Shown here: in pieces, positions 36,412 to 48,280 of the stretch
Layout: the number at the start of each line of letters is the position of its first letter
How positions within the stretch are numbered: the stretch's first letter is position 1
From: Cetorhinus maximus
Taxonomy: Eukaryota
Direction: 5' to 3'
Length of the DNA: 64,000 nt
Assembly: GCF_964194155.1 (NCBI RefSeq)
Contig: NC_135881.1
Span: 117,986,001 to 118,050,000 of the forward strand
Notes under the pieces: model-generated
What the model was told of the DNA's origin: nothing
What the model saw: only the letters and a program-made list of their open reading frames with translations
Databases searched by the model: none
Made by a program: the position numbers and the translations under genes

Positions 36412-38235
36412 TCTCTTAGTCTCTTGTTGAGCCAGAGTTTCAGTTAGCTCCCCCTCTGTGAGTTACAGTTAACCCCTTAATGGCTGATCAGTTCACCTCT
36501 GCGTGCAGTTTTGAGGTTTAGCTGTTTTATATTCTTACAGCTCGGGGGTCATGTCCTTCACTCCCTTCCTAATAGCAATGTGGGTGTACCTACCACACAT
36601 GGACGGCAGTGGTTCATGAAGGTGGCTCACCACCACCTTCTCAAGGGCAATTAGGGGTGGGAAATAAATGCTGGTGTGGCCAGCGATGCCCAAATCCCAT
36701 GAAAGGATAAATAACAAAAAACAAATCCAATTCAGTCTTGGATGACTGCATGAAGCACTTCTGCATTACTGTAAGAGTTTATGACATCATCAAAAACATA
36801 CAAGTGTGTTACAGATTTACAGGTCTTTCTATCTGTTACTTAGTTCATCAATGACCAGATCACACATGTGAATACATTATGGAGAGATCACATCTTCCAA
36901 CTTTTTAAAAGTCCAATGTAGCAGACAGCTTTATTGCAATGTATGCCATGCAAATTCAATCTGGAAAAAAAAGCTGTTTCTGCTGAAGTTCATTGTCAAG
37001 TGATAGGAGAAAAGTAAAATAGCAATTGAATAATGTTCCTCAACTATTCCAAGAGGGCTCCTGCTGTAACTTTAGTGGAAGCCCACTGGAATTGCTGTAA
37101 ACTTAGCTGGGACCCTGTTGAACTGGGTCCAGGCTGCAGGACAAATTTTCTGGGATGGTCTGTGGGGAGAGAGTCACCAAATGTAGCTAAATGTAATCTC
37201 TGTGAAGAAGTGGTGTCATCCTAAATCAGTAGTTCCCATGACCTGGCATCATCAGTGTAACCTTGGAGGCTGGTACATGATGAACAGGGATGTATTGGTG
37301 CAATAAAGATCTCGAGCTGAAGCACACCTCAACCAGGACGATCCAGGCCAAAGAAACAATTTGTACCCTGAAGACTTCTAGTAGAGAAACTACTTTCTTA
37401 ATGTCTTGTCAAATATTTGGGCACCAATGTTCCTGTATTGCAAAGTGGGTCACAATAGTCCTTCTGAATCTGGAATCCAGACGCCCAATTTCCTGGAAAC
37501 TTGGGGAGGGCGGGCATCCAAGATGTGAGCAACGGTCTCATGCTATTTAGGTGCCCTCCCTCAGCCCCTTATTTTCTGGTGGGATCAGTGTTAGAGGAGA
37601 AATTGCTTTGACCATGGCCTATAGAATTTCAGACATAAGCCTTCTGATACTCTTTATAAATAAACACACATAGATTGAACCTGTAGTCATCACTGAAAAT
37701 TACTATTTTACAAAAAAAAGTTAGTCGAAAAAAATTAGCTGGTAAATGCAGAATACACACTCAAGCATTTTGGAATGTTTTGCCTTAACTATGGCATAAG
37801 AATAGCATAAGTCAATTCATGGGTAACTAATATGTGCTAGTTTTACACTAAAACCAGTACATGTGAGTGTCCTTGATCTTTACGCAGCTTTAAAAGGAAA
37901 TCTTTTTGTGGAGGCGGGAAACTAAATTCATATTTTGCATCAGACTTCACGAGAGAAAAGATGCTGTCAATATAGCAGTGAAGGAGGAGGGCAGTGGAGA
38001 AAGTTGATTGGATAAAATAGAAAAAAGAGGCATTGAAAAAAATCACCCTGTCTCGGTGGGATGTGGGATGCATCCCCGGTCGTTGAGGGAAGTAAGGGTG
38101 GAAAATTTGGAGATCCTGGCAACAATATTTTAATACTACTTAGATATGAGAGTAGTGCTGGAGGTCTGGGGGTTTGCAAATGTTACACCACACTTCTAAA
38201 AAGAGGAGAGGGATAAACCTCGCAATTACAGCACC

Positions 38236-39151
38236 TGAAAGGTGTGATATGACCTACTTCAGACAGAGGCACTTCAAAGGAAAAGATGCAATGCAAACTG
38301 AACTGTAATCTCCTGTGGTTGTGGAGATAATGGAAAATGATAATCATCTCAATCGAAACCACCACCCGTTAAGTCATATCCCAGACTGTGAACATGAACT
38401 GAAAACAGATCTAGGCGAAAGACATGTTTGTTTTTCCCTTCCAGGAATACACAAGGATAGGGGTTTAAAAAAGCAAACTGTAGGTCTAGTTCTGTGTGTT
38501 GGTCTGGTGTTCTTTCTGGTGTGTGTGTATGCTGTGAAGGTCACAGCTGAAGAACACCAACTGGGCGTCCCTGCAGTTTGTAGGTAAAAAGTCTTTCTCT
38601 CTGATTGCTGGAAGCAAGTCACAAGTCAGCAAAGCTACAGTTGAAAAGGAAACAGGACAACAACTTTTAGCTAACCTGCAGAACCAAGAATCTCCAAACC
38701 AACTGCTCAACTACCAAAGTCTGCGCTACTGGAATCACGCCAACTTAACAGCCACAATGTTTCACCATCTACTCCTCACAGACAAGCCAAAGGATTGATT
38801 TGCATATCTTTTTAACTTTTATTTTTGGACTCAATTTCTCATTTCTAATCATTAATAATGTATGTGTTTTTATTATTTTTTCTCACATTTAGTAATAAAC
38901 TTACTCTTTCTTTAACTCAAGAAAGCCTGGTTAAATTAGTTCCTTTTAAAACATAAATACATCTCGACTGGAACAAGGTAACCACGAGGAAAGGGATCCT
39001 TTTTAAATTAACCTTGTTGCGGCCAACTGAGGAGGTTGAATAAAGAAAGGGAGCCAGTTAATCCCTCCTCACCTAGGAGCGTAACAATTTAGGGTACCTC
39101 GTCCGGGATCAAAACAAATTGGGGGACCTCGCCCAGAGACCAGTTGTAACA
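38236..39151 (+). mobile_element. LTR of an ERV/Gypsy-like element with tRNA-Pro-like primer-binding sites
   Basis: AATAAA at ~38893 and a TAACA end at 39086, followed by TTTAGGGTACCTCGTCCGGGATC and a second copy TTGGGGGACCTCGCCCAGAG; left end and TSD uncertain. Confidence 0.55.
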
Positions 39152-39289
39152 GGTTAGGAATAAAAGCCAGCATGGATTTATTAAAGGCAAATTGTGTTTG
39201 ACTAACTTGATTGAGTTCTTGAGAAGTGTTAAATGATTCATTTTGGTAAAAAGAATAAGGAGAGGCAATGGCTGTTATTTTACAGCTCC

Positions 39290-40174
39290 CAATCAGAAGA
39301 CAATGGAGGAGGGGGTGGCAGTCATAGAATCACGAGGGGTGGTACCATGATAGATCTCTGTCGCAACACTGAGGTCACATTTTACCAATGGCGGACAACA
39401 ACTCATGGGCATGGAGCTTGCTTTCTTGAAATAGACAATTGACAGGTTAAGGATGAGCATTAAGGATCCAACAGACCGAATGTTGATGGGTCCCTCCACA
39501 TTTTAGGAGGAGTGTATGGGCATCAGGGGGCATTAGAGCCATGGCAGGTTTTTAAGGGCAGCAGTCAGGCAGCAGCTGAGGTCATTGCTGCAAAAGGGAG
39601 CCATTGGGTTGGGCAAATTGCCTTCATAGGACATCTGGTGCAGCACTGTCTGAGCGGTTAGCATGGAGAAGGGGGAGTTGAGGAGCCATTGATATGGGGT
39701 TGAGCCCCCATCCTGCCATTAGACATCTGACAGGGGGATCAATTGAGACAGGCCTGACAGGGGAATGTGATGGGTAGCATTGCAGCTTGCTATTCCTTTC
39801 CAAGGAGATGCTGCGGCCTCAACACTTTTGCAATTACATGGTGGGCTCTCCCTCCTCAGCATCCTACCATCACAGTTAACCAGTTGATGACTTCTAAGAG
39901 ACCAAGGTGTCGTTCACATCCTTGCAGAATGTAGAAGATTGTTGATGCACTTGCACACAGCAGCCAGGTTCTCCAGATGAGCCCATGACTGCTTATTTCC
40001 CCCGCGACCTCTCTCCAGGCTTGCTTGGATAGGCAGTTAGGTCCCTTCTTTTGGGCCCTGAGGAAGAGGACCTCCCACCTTGCCTGAGGAGCCTAGAGGA
40101 GATCACACAGGCCTATCACAACCTGCTCCTGGTTCCACCTTCCCTACCCTGTCAGATTACATAAAATCCTGGCC
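39290..40174 (-). mobile_element. Harbinger fragment with Myb/SANT-like remnant
   Basis: Minus strand LLQARWEVLFLRAQKKGPNCLSKQAWREVAGEISSHGLIWRTWLLC...NNLL; terminus CATAAAATCCTGGCC. Confidence 0.6.
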
Positions 40175-41364
40175 GATATAAACTAAATGGCATGGTAGAA
40201 GGAAGATCCTGGGTGGTCTCGCAGTTCAATGGCTACTCCCTACATGAACTCCTCGAGGCTACTCGGGTAAGGTGAGAGGTCCTCTTCCTCAGGGATCAAA
40301 GAAAGAGTCCTCACTGCCTAATCAGTGGTTTATGGAAATTTATCATATTTTCCTTGCATTTATACTCTTTGACTTTCTTTATAAAAATAAGGATCCTGTG
40401 TGCCTCCTCAACAGCCTTCATAGCTTGCTCTGCCACCTTTAATGCTTGTGTATGTATGTCCCAGATCTCTCTGTTCCTGTATCCCATTTAAAATTGTACC
40501 ATTTAGTTTATATTGGCCAGGATTTTATGTGGGCTGATAGGGCAACAAAGACGGAACCCGAAACAGGTTGGAGTATTGTGGCCAATTCTGGGCGCCAAAC
40601 TTTAGGGAAGATGGCAATGCTTTAGAGAGGGTGCAGAAGAGATTTACTAAAACTGAGTCAGCAATGGAAGACTTCAGTTCCATCGAGAGATTGGAGAATC
40701 AGGGGTTGTTCTCCTTACAGTGGAGAAAGTTAAGGGAAGATTTGATAAAGAGGTTCAAAATCTTAAATGGCTTTGATAGAGTAATTGGGGAGAAACCTGT
40801 TTACTGTGAGAAAAGGGTCAGTAACCAGATGGCACAGATTTAAGGTTATGGCAAAAGAACCAGAGGAATACATCAGGAAAACTAATTTTACCCAGCAAGT
40901 TGTAATCATCTGGAGTGCAGTGACTGAAAGGGTAGTGGATTAAAAATTATTCAATAATAATTTTTAAAAACAAATTGGATAAATATTTGAAGAGCAAAAC
41001 CTTGCAGGGCTATGAGGAATGAACAGGGGAGTGTGACGAATTGGGTAGCTTTCAAAGAGTGTAATGAACACCAGTGGCTAACTGATCTCCTTCTGTGCTT
41101 ATCATTCTATGATTCTGAGGGCGGAACCGTCCCAGATTTGCACTCAGTGCAGTAGCGAGCGGGAAAAAGAATATTTTACCCGCTGGCTGCAATGATGGCT
41201 TTTCACGCCGTATCACCCCAGTGCCATCTCATTAATCATGTATTCCAGGGAAACATGCCGATTCGCTGGCCACACCGTCACCTCACTGCTTTCTCACACC
41301 GGGCGCCTTATTTAAAGCACAGCCGCGCACACACCCACTTCCAGCCCAGGACTGCTACACAGAA

Positions 41365-43945
41365 GACAGGGCCCTGAAAGGCAAGAAGACTGCAGCCAGC
41401 GAATTCAATGTGGTGTCCCTGAAATGCCTTTTGGACACCCTGGAGGCCTGCCATGATGTCCTCTACCCCAGCTCTGGCTGCAGGAGGGGCAACAACATCA
41501 TCAATCCAGCTTGGGAGGTGGTGGTCAGTTCCATCGCCCTGCAAAATAGGACAGCCACCCAGTGCTGAAAGAAGATGAATGATCTCCTCCGTTCCACCAA
41601 GCTAAGTCACACTTTTCATCACTCTCAACTCACACACTCACAAACCCATCACACATCCACAGGGATCTCACTCACTGCCAATTCAAGGGACATCACCATT
41701 CATTCTCTCACACAAACCTTCATCGTCCTCATCCTGCCCATGGCACCACTCACTACCCACACATGCCAGACATACTTATCATCTGGCCTGCCAGGCATCC
41801 TTCTTACACCCTCTCCATCTGTATTCATGCAGGACAAGTTGGCATACAACAAAAGGGAGAGGTTGCAGACTGTGGAGGAATTCCTGAAATCAAGGTCCTC
41901 ATGGACTTTGAAAATAGAGTCATCCAGCTGGGCGGCGAGGATCTGGACCATTCCTGTGCTGACGCTGAGGTCAGTGGTGCTCAACCAAATGTGCATCCAG
42001 CAGTGCAACATCCATCAGACAACCATCCTGTGAGTGATGTATCCTGTTTCACAGGCCACTGCCATGCACTAATTATCTCTCCCTGCTTTTGCAAGCACAT
42101 CTGGGAAATAGTCAAGGGAGCCCTGTCAGGAAGGTATAATAATTCTCATAATGTTATTGGATTTTATTGTAAAGTAGAGTAATATCGGGGTCGCGTCTAT
42201 GTGTTTGGGTGTGTGACTTAATTGAATTAAAGGCAGCTGGTCTGAAGGCTTTGATGTGTTAGAATTAAGCTAGGTTTGAAATGTTAAGTAGGTAAACATA
42301 AGGGTAAAGGGAACATTTGCATTTTTAAATAAACCAGACTAGATTTATTTCAAAGGTAGGGGTGAAATGTGTACCCTAGCCAGGAAAAGTAAGAAACAGT
42401 GTGTTTATTTTTCCCAAAGATTACTGGTAAAATTGATACTATGAGAGATTTTTATTATCAGAGAGGTAAAGTCCAAAAACATAGTGAAACAATGGGAATT
42501 TGCATTCAAAGGGAAAAATACGTATAAAGGAGCGAAGGCTGTGTGTAAGGGAAGGAATTCTAAGACCTAACCAAGTATGAAATGCCTCCAGCATCTAAGC
42601 TTTAAGCTGCTGTTTCCAAAGAACTGAAGTTAAGAAAACTCACTTTGAATTCAACTGGTTCAGGGTATTGTATGTCACCTTGCCTGGGTCTTTTAAAATC
42701 TATGTGCCTTAACCTACTGTTGCCTTAATGAAAGTGTAACCAGAGTTAGATTAATTAGGGGATTTAGAAGTTATCATAGTAATAATTTGTAGATCTATGT
42801 ATGTATTTAAAATCATTTCTTCTATTAATAAAGGTTTAATTTAGTTTTGTAAGAAACCTATAAGACTTGGTGGTCTTATTACTATGAAATTCAAGGCTCA
42901 CATCTCGAAATTTATACAAATTGCAAAATAAGTTGTGGCAGTTGTTTCAAATTTCCCTCTGGGATTGATCAGCTAAGCATTTACCATCGGCTGTGCTAAA
43001 ACAGTCCATGACCCAGGCCTTCGACTCAAGCCCCGAAGACACCTCAGAAGAGGAATCTGCTGGAATCCTCATTAAAGACCCATCACAGCGCTCATACACA
43101 CTCTCCGCCAGTGCAGAGGCACACACCTCGGTGGGACTAAGCTTTGGAGTAGCCTTGGGGTTACAATCTGGTGAGGACATCGCACTTTCTGATCCGCAGC
43201 AGGCAGAGACAGGGACTTCCCAGGTTTCCTGCACTTAGAAGACTGCTGGAGACCAGAAATCTGCTGAGTCTGAGTCAGATGATGAGCCTCTGGACTCAGC
43301 CATACCTCAGTTGCTGGAGCTGCAAACGTAAACTTGGGAACATCAGGAAGGGATGTCCGCTGCACTCCTCAGATTGCAAGGCACAATGCAGCAGCCTGTC
43401 CACCTTCAATCTGAGGTTATAGTGCCGGCATGCCAATGCACCGAGGTCAACACTGGTAGGATGGCAGCCACCGTGGAGACCTTTGTCCCGGACATTGGTC
43501 CTGTAATGCTGCACAGGCTGAACTCCATTGCTGATGCCATAGTTGGCCTCCAACAGTGTCAATGCGAGGGGGGTGCGGGGGCAGCTTGATCTCACTCCAG
43601 CTTCCCCTTCTCCTCAAGGAGTCAGCCAGGGGCCCTTGGGCACCCTTAGGGAGAAGGATCAGCAGGTGCATGCCCCGGGGCCATCCATTCAGGTGACTCT
43701 GGGAGTATCCGACCCATCCGAATCCCTCTTGCCGTGAGTCCAACAACACCAGCTCCACAGGCCGAGGAGAGTGCCACTGCCACACAGCAGGATCCCAAAA
43801 GCAGGCCAGGCCCCTCCAGGTCTCGCTCCTCCAGAGGACGCCAGTCAAGGTCATCACAGACAGGGCGTTGCAGTCAGCAGGCTGTCTCTGCCTCCACTGT
43901 GGATGCCGGGGGAGCACCAAGACATGTTTAGGAAGGTCAAGAAGA
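41365..43945 (+). pseudogene. Harbinger Myb/SANT-like protein pseudogene (3 exons, solo LTR inserted)
   Basis: LLDTLEACHDVLYP...NPAWEVV...NRTATQC*KKMNDLLRSTK; exon 2 DKLAYNKRER..TGGG-like; stops and frameshifts. Confidence 0.78.
42124..43003 (+). mobile_element. Solo LTR (880 bp) nested in the Harbinger Myb gene
   Basis: TGTCAGG...TAAAACA; flanks GCCC / GTCC (4-bp TSD with 1 mismatch); TATAAA at ~42523 and AATAAA at ~42827; abrupt AT-rich block inside a GC-rich exon. Confidence 0.78.
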
Positions 43946-44634
43946 TGTACTTACACAGCCTGGGCATGGGTGTTAATTACTTGTACATAATGTTGACTTT
44001 GTTAAAAAAAACTCCCAAGAATGTCTCCCTGGCTATGGCTCCTTGTTATGATGAGCAGTGTACGTGTCACTCAGATGTCAAAGCTTGGTTCCTGCACAAG
44101 ATTAAGGCAGGTATCTCAGTCCAGGGCCTCATCCCTGTGCTTTGTGCAACCTTCCCAGCACACTGATGGTGCACCTTCAACTGTCACTGGTCATATCAGT
44201 CACGCCTGCACCTTGATAGGGCTTCTCATTGCTGTTCTATCATTCTTTGCATGTGCTCCCAGCACCTTTGAGGTGGGGCTGGCCCGCCATCCCATCAGCA
44301 TCTGTGTCCGATGACAGTGTATTCCTGAAGGGTTCAGCGCCATAGGATCAAGAGAAGTTAACGTTTCCCCGCTGCATCGCCATGATACGACCCTGTTCAG
44401 AGAGCACAAGTGATCTGCCGTCAGCCAGACAGGAGTCAGACATTCACATTGGCTATGTGAGGATCTATGGGGTATCCCCACTGCATGTCATCATCATCCT
44501 CCTGGAATGTAGGAACTATGGGCATCCGCTGCATCTCCATGACAGGAGCCTTATCACAGAAAGAATGTGCACTGCCATTGGCCAGACAGGAGCCAAACAT
44601 TAACAGATGCAATGTGAGGATCTATGGTGTCTCC

Positions 44635-45838
44635 TCACTGCATGTTGTCATCATCCTCCACGAATCTAGCAGTTATGAGTGCCTCCTGAACGTTCCTGCC
44701 TCGTCTGGCCAGTGCAGTGGCCTCATCGAAGTCATCCTTGCCTTCGAGGACCTCCTTATCCTCATTCCCATCGACATCCTCCTCATCGGAGGAGACTTGC
44801 AGCTCCTCAGCCAACTCCTCTCCCCCTTGCAGCGCCAGCTTGTGAAGGGCACAGTGGACGATGATGATGCGTGACATCCTCTGTGGACTGTATTTCAGGG
44901 CTCCACTAGACCGGTCCAGGCATCTGATGGTTTACTCCACCAAGATGCGAATTGCAGCACGAGCCTCATTTTACCTTCGCTCTGCTGCAGTCTGAGGCTG
45001 CCGCACGAGTGCCATCAGCTACACCCTCTACGGGTAGTCCTTGACCCCGGGGAGCAATCCTGCAACCTTTTTGGACCCTGGAAGACATCAGGGATCTGAG
45101 ACCTATTGAGAATGTGGGAGTTATGGACACTCCGTGGGAACCGTGCCCTGACCTGCAGGATGCGTTTGTAATGGTTGCGCACCAGCTGAACATTCAGCAG
45201 GTGGAAGTCCTCGCTGGTGACGTAGTCGACCGCTTGCCACGGAGATCTGAGTGCCACATGAGTGCAGTTGTTGTCACCCTGCACCTGTGGAAAACCTGAG
45301 ATCTGGGAAAATCCCAGCTCTTTTGCTTCCTGGCTTCCCTGACCCTAGAGGAAATGCACAAAGTTGTGTGCCTTGGCGAAAATGGCATCCGTGACCTCAT
45401 GGATGCATTTGTCTGTGGAGGCTTGTGATATCCCACAGAGGTCACCAATGGAGCCCTGAAAGGACCCACTGGCATAGAAATTGAATGCTGTGGTCACTTT
45501 CATTGCCGTGGGCAGTGGATTCCGTCCATGTCCCCATGGCGCCAAATCCCGCAGAAAGTGGCAGATGTGACCAACCAATTCCCTGGACATATATAGTCTT
45601 TGGCGAGACTGGTTCTCAGTCATCTTCGGGAATTAAAGGCGACGTCTATAGACCCTGGGTGTCGACTAGTGACAGCTCATTGTGGCTCTTCGGCAGTGTG
45701 TATGGGAGCCCCAGCCACCCCTTCTTCCTGAGCGTGCTGCTCCTCCCTCTGCCCAGCCAGGCACCCCTGTCGCTCTCTTCTCCTTCATCTCTGCTCTCTG
45801 TAAGCCATGAGGCATACTGCTAGGCCACCAGGCTCCAT
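44635..45838 (-). pseudogene. Harbinger (HARBI1-like) DDE transposase pseudogene
   Basis: FNFYASGSFQGSIGDLCGISQ, GDNNCTHVAL, FHLLNVQLV, ARFPRSVHNSHIL, GVKDYP, RILVE*, IIVHCALHKL plus acidic tail; the first two catalytic Asp are mutated and the ORF is frameshifted. Confidence 0.9.
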
Positions 45839-47814
45839 GCTCCTGATGTACTCCCCCTGCAGGATGAAAGAGTGAGACGTGTGGGTTAGCTTGGCTGTAC
45901 TAAGAACCTGTTTTGGTCAAGTCTGAAGGCCCCTTAATGCATCTTAGAGAGTGCTGGCCACCACTTGGATGGGCAGTGTTTAGTGCGCTGCATGGCTGCC
46001 TGAAACATCATCCACTCCGCCCCACTCCACCTGACTGATTGGCAGCAGCTTTGCCCACTGGACTGCATGCTGTGCTCTCAGCTCAGGCACAGGCATGCTC
46101 CTAACCCGCACTGTAAGGCTGCACTGTTAGCTTAAACCATGGGGAAGACTGGTTCAAACCTGAATGATGACATTGCAAGTGGCTGTGAGCATCTCCACCA
46201 GTGACTGCTCCATCGCTAGGTTTCGCAAGCAGATTACACAACTTGCCCAGTCATCCAAGTGCTCTACAGTCCACTAAAATGCTGATTAGTTTGCAGTCTG
46301 TGCCCAAGGGGTGAAAAGCTCTGACGCACTTGGTGGCCTCTGCGTTGCTTGAATGGGCAGATAAGCTAGGGGCCCAACTCAAAACATGTTAATGTGGCTG
46401 TGGCTGAATTGTCTCAGCTGTGGAGGAATGGTCACTTTATACAAAATTTCCCTAATGGCTGCTTTCTTCCTCCCCTGCCCCGCCCCACACCCCCCACCCC
46501 ACATGTGCTTGTGAACTACCATCAACCGCAGTGCAGCCCTTGCCCTGGCACTGCACTGTCAGCCAGCTGGAAAAATGCAACTTGCCTGTGCCCTCGCCTG
46601 AATGCCTGGCGCCACAAGCTTGAGGTCTAACAGGTGACCCTCCTGAGTGCTGCGCAATGTTCCTGTGCATTCACCTTTGAGTTTCCATCGAAGTGCGGCT
46701 CACCAGGTACATGCCTTATAAATGCTGTTGTGAAACACATTGGTGTGCAATCATACCGACTCAGGTGATGCAGCATGAGGGGATGAATCCAGCGAACAGG
46801 GCTCATAATGACATCCAGCGGGAAACACGGCTCGCCATTGACAGGCAGAGCGGATGATTGCAAACTGGTTTCACAATGTCGTGAAACCAATTTTTGGCCT
46901 TCCCACCATATTGTTCACTCGTGCCTGCCATGATGCCCAATGCCAGCGGGCATGGAAAATTCCACCCTGAGGATCCTCTGATGAATCCCTTTGCTACTAA
47001 GTGAGCTAGCTTTGTCCCCCATTAAAAGGACAGTTCTCGTGAGCTTTCTGTATTTACGTCAGTGATGAGCTGGTGTAGATTTACACTCAAATATTCAGAT
47101 ACAACATGGCCCAAAGTCACCTTACAGCAAAACAGCTGAGAATCCTGGAGTTGTGTGACAATTTTATTTGCAATTTTTCTTGCATTTTTATTTTTCAGAT
47201 CTGCTCTACAGCTGTTAGCCTCAATGCACCTGAAATTTTAGACATCTTGGTGACAATACTATCATTGATATTATGCTTTAGTATTTTAGACACCTCTGTG
47301 CACAAGCCATTAAAAGCAGGTGTGTAAGGTATTTCTATAAAAGGTAATGTGGCCAATTTTCTCGGGGACGCTGCATCTGTGTGCTGGATTGAGTTAATGT
47401 GCCTAAAGTATGTCAACCTATGCAGCCTTGAAGTGCCTAAATGTGATGGGCTAGTAAATTCAAAGCTATTTAACAGAATCACAGAATTGCTATGGCAAAG
47501 AAGGGGGCCATTCGGCCCATCATGTCTGCAAGAGGAACGAGATGGAATTAAGAGTCTCAGGGCCCTTTTTGTCCTGACGTTTGCATCTGGGTAATAGGCA
47601 ATTTCTGGGGGCATTTGTTATGAAAATATTTCCATTATTTATTGTGAATTGAGATGATTTTAAATAAATGTTACGTTTTAAACTCTGAATTCAGTTCAGT
47701 TCTCATAGGTTACCATGTAAGAACTATTATAGAAATCTCCACTATATAGGAATACGACATTGTAAAATATCATATCCAGGCTACTGTTAACTAAATCATT
47801 GTACTGTATTTTAG

Positions 47815-48041
47815 GTGTGGCTCCTCTTCATGCTCATTCTCCATTTGCAGCAGCAGGCGAGAGATTATCACCAACCCTCAGAGCTTCAAACAAGTTGCCA
47901 CGCCACAGGCCACTTAATCGAACACACTCTGCGCCACTCCCACAAAGCACACAGGCCCTGGCACAACTGGTTGTTCAACAGCAACATCAACAGTTCCTGG
48001 AAAAACAAAAGCAGTACCAGCAGCAGATGCAGTTGACCAAG
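47815..48041 (+). CDS. HDAC9: HDAC9-like coding exon, 227 bp, phase 1/0
   Basis: Acceptor TGTATTTTAG|, donor |GTCAGT; encodes (G)[10 protein letters not shown]...[50 protein letters not shown]. Confidence 0.95.
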
Positions 48042-48280
48042 GTCAGTGCTTCTTTTGTGTCAACAGTGAGTGGCAACTGGCATTTAAAATGTGCATGCCC
48101 ATGGAAAACCACTGAACACATCCTTCTTTACTCAAGCATGAGCTTAATAAACTTAAAGTGAATCTGAACCTGGCAGTTTGCATTGAAAAATAGTTCATAT
48201 TTAACATAAAATAAAAATAGAAAATGCTGGAGATATTCCAGCGGTCTGGCAGCGTCGGTGGAGAAAGAAACAGAGTCAAT

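Larger units (their letters stand above)
35463..36560. mobile_element. Solo LTR-like insertion (TG...CA, 4-bp TSD CTCC)
   Basis: CTCC at 35459-35462 and 36561-36564; it cleanly interrupts the LINE above. Confidence 0.75.
34975..36722 (+). mobile_element. Non-LTR retrotransposon 3' end (same family as 15285-16210), split by a solo LTR
   Basis: MEYSQLAWMSAAPTTLKKLSTIQDKAA; GGAACTCC|LTR|CTCCCTTCCTAATAGC rejoins to match the 16050-16200 copy. Confidence 0.85.
37870..41115 (+). mobile_element. Old CR1 LINE broken into pieces (37870-38235, 39152-39265, 40567-41115)
   Basis: Fragments ANVTP, SQHGFIKGKLCLTNL, EYCGQFWAP...LERVQKRFTK; tail ATTCTATGATTCT. Confidence 0.7.
41119..46967. mobile_element. 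Full-length (inactive) PIF/Harbinger DNA transposon with convergent Myb-like and transposase genes
   Basis: TIRs GGGCGGAACCGTCC / GGAAAATTCCACCC; TSD TGA at 41116-41118 and 46968-46970; both ORFs recognisable. Confidence 0.88.

Noticed and set aside
44635-45838. Possible domesticated HARBI1 gene
   Set aside because: Stops, frameshifts and mutated catalytic Asp residues, enclosed by TIRs and a TSD; it is a dead transposon copy.
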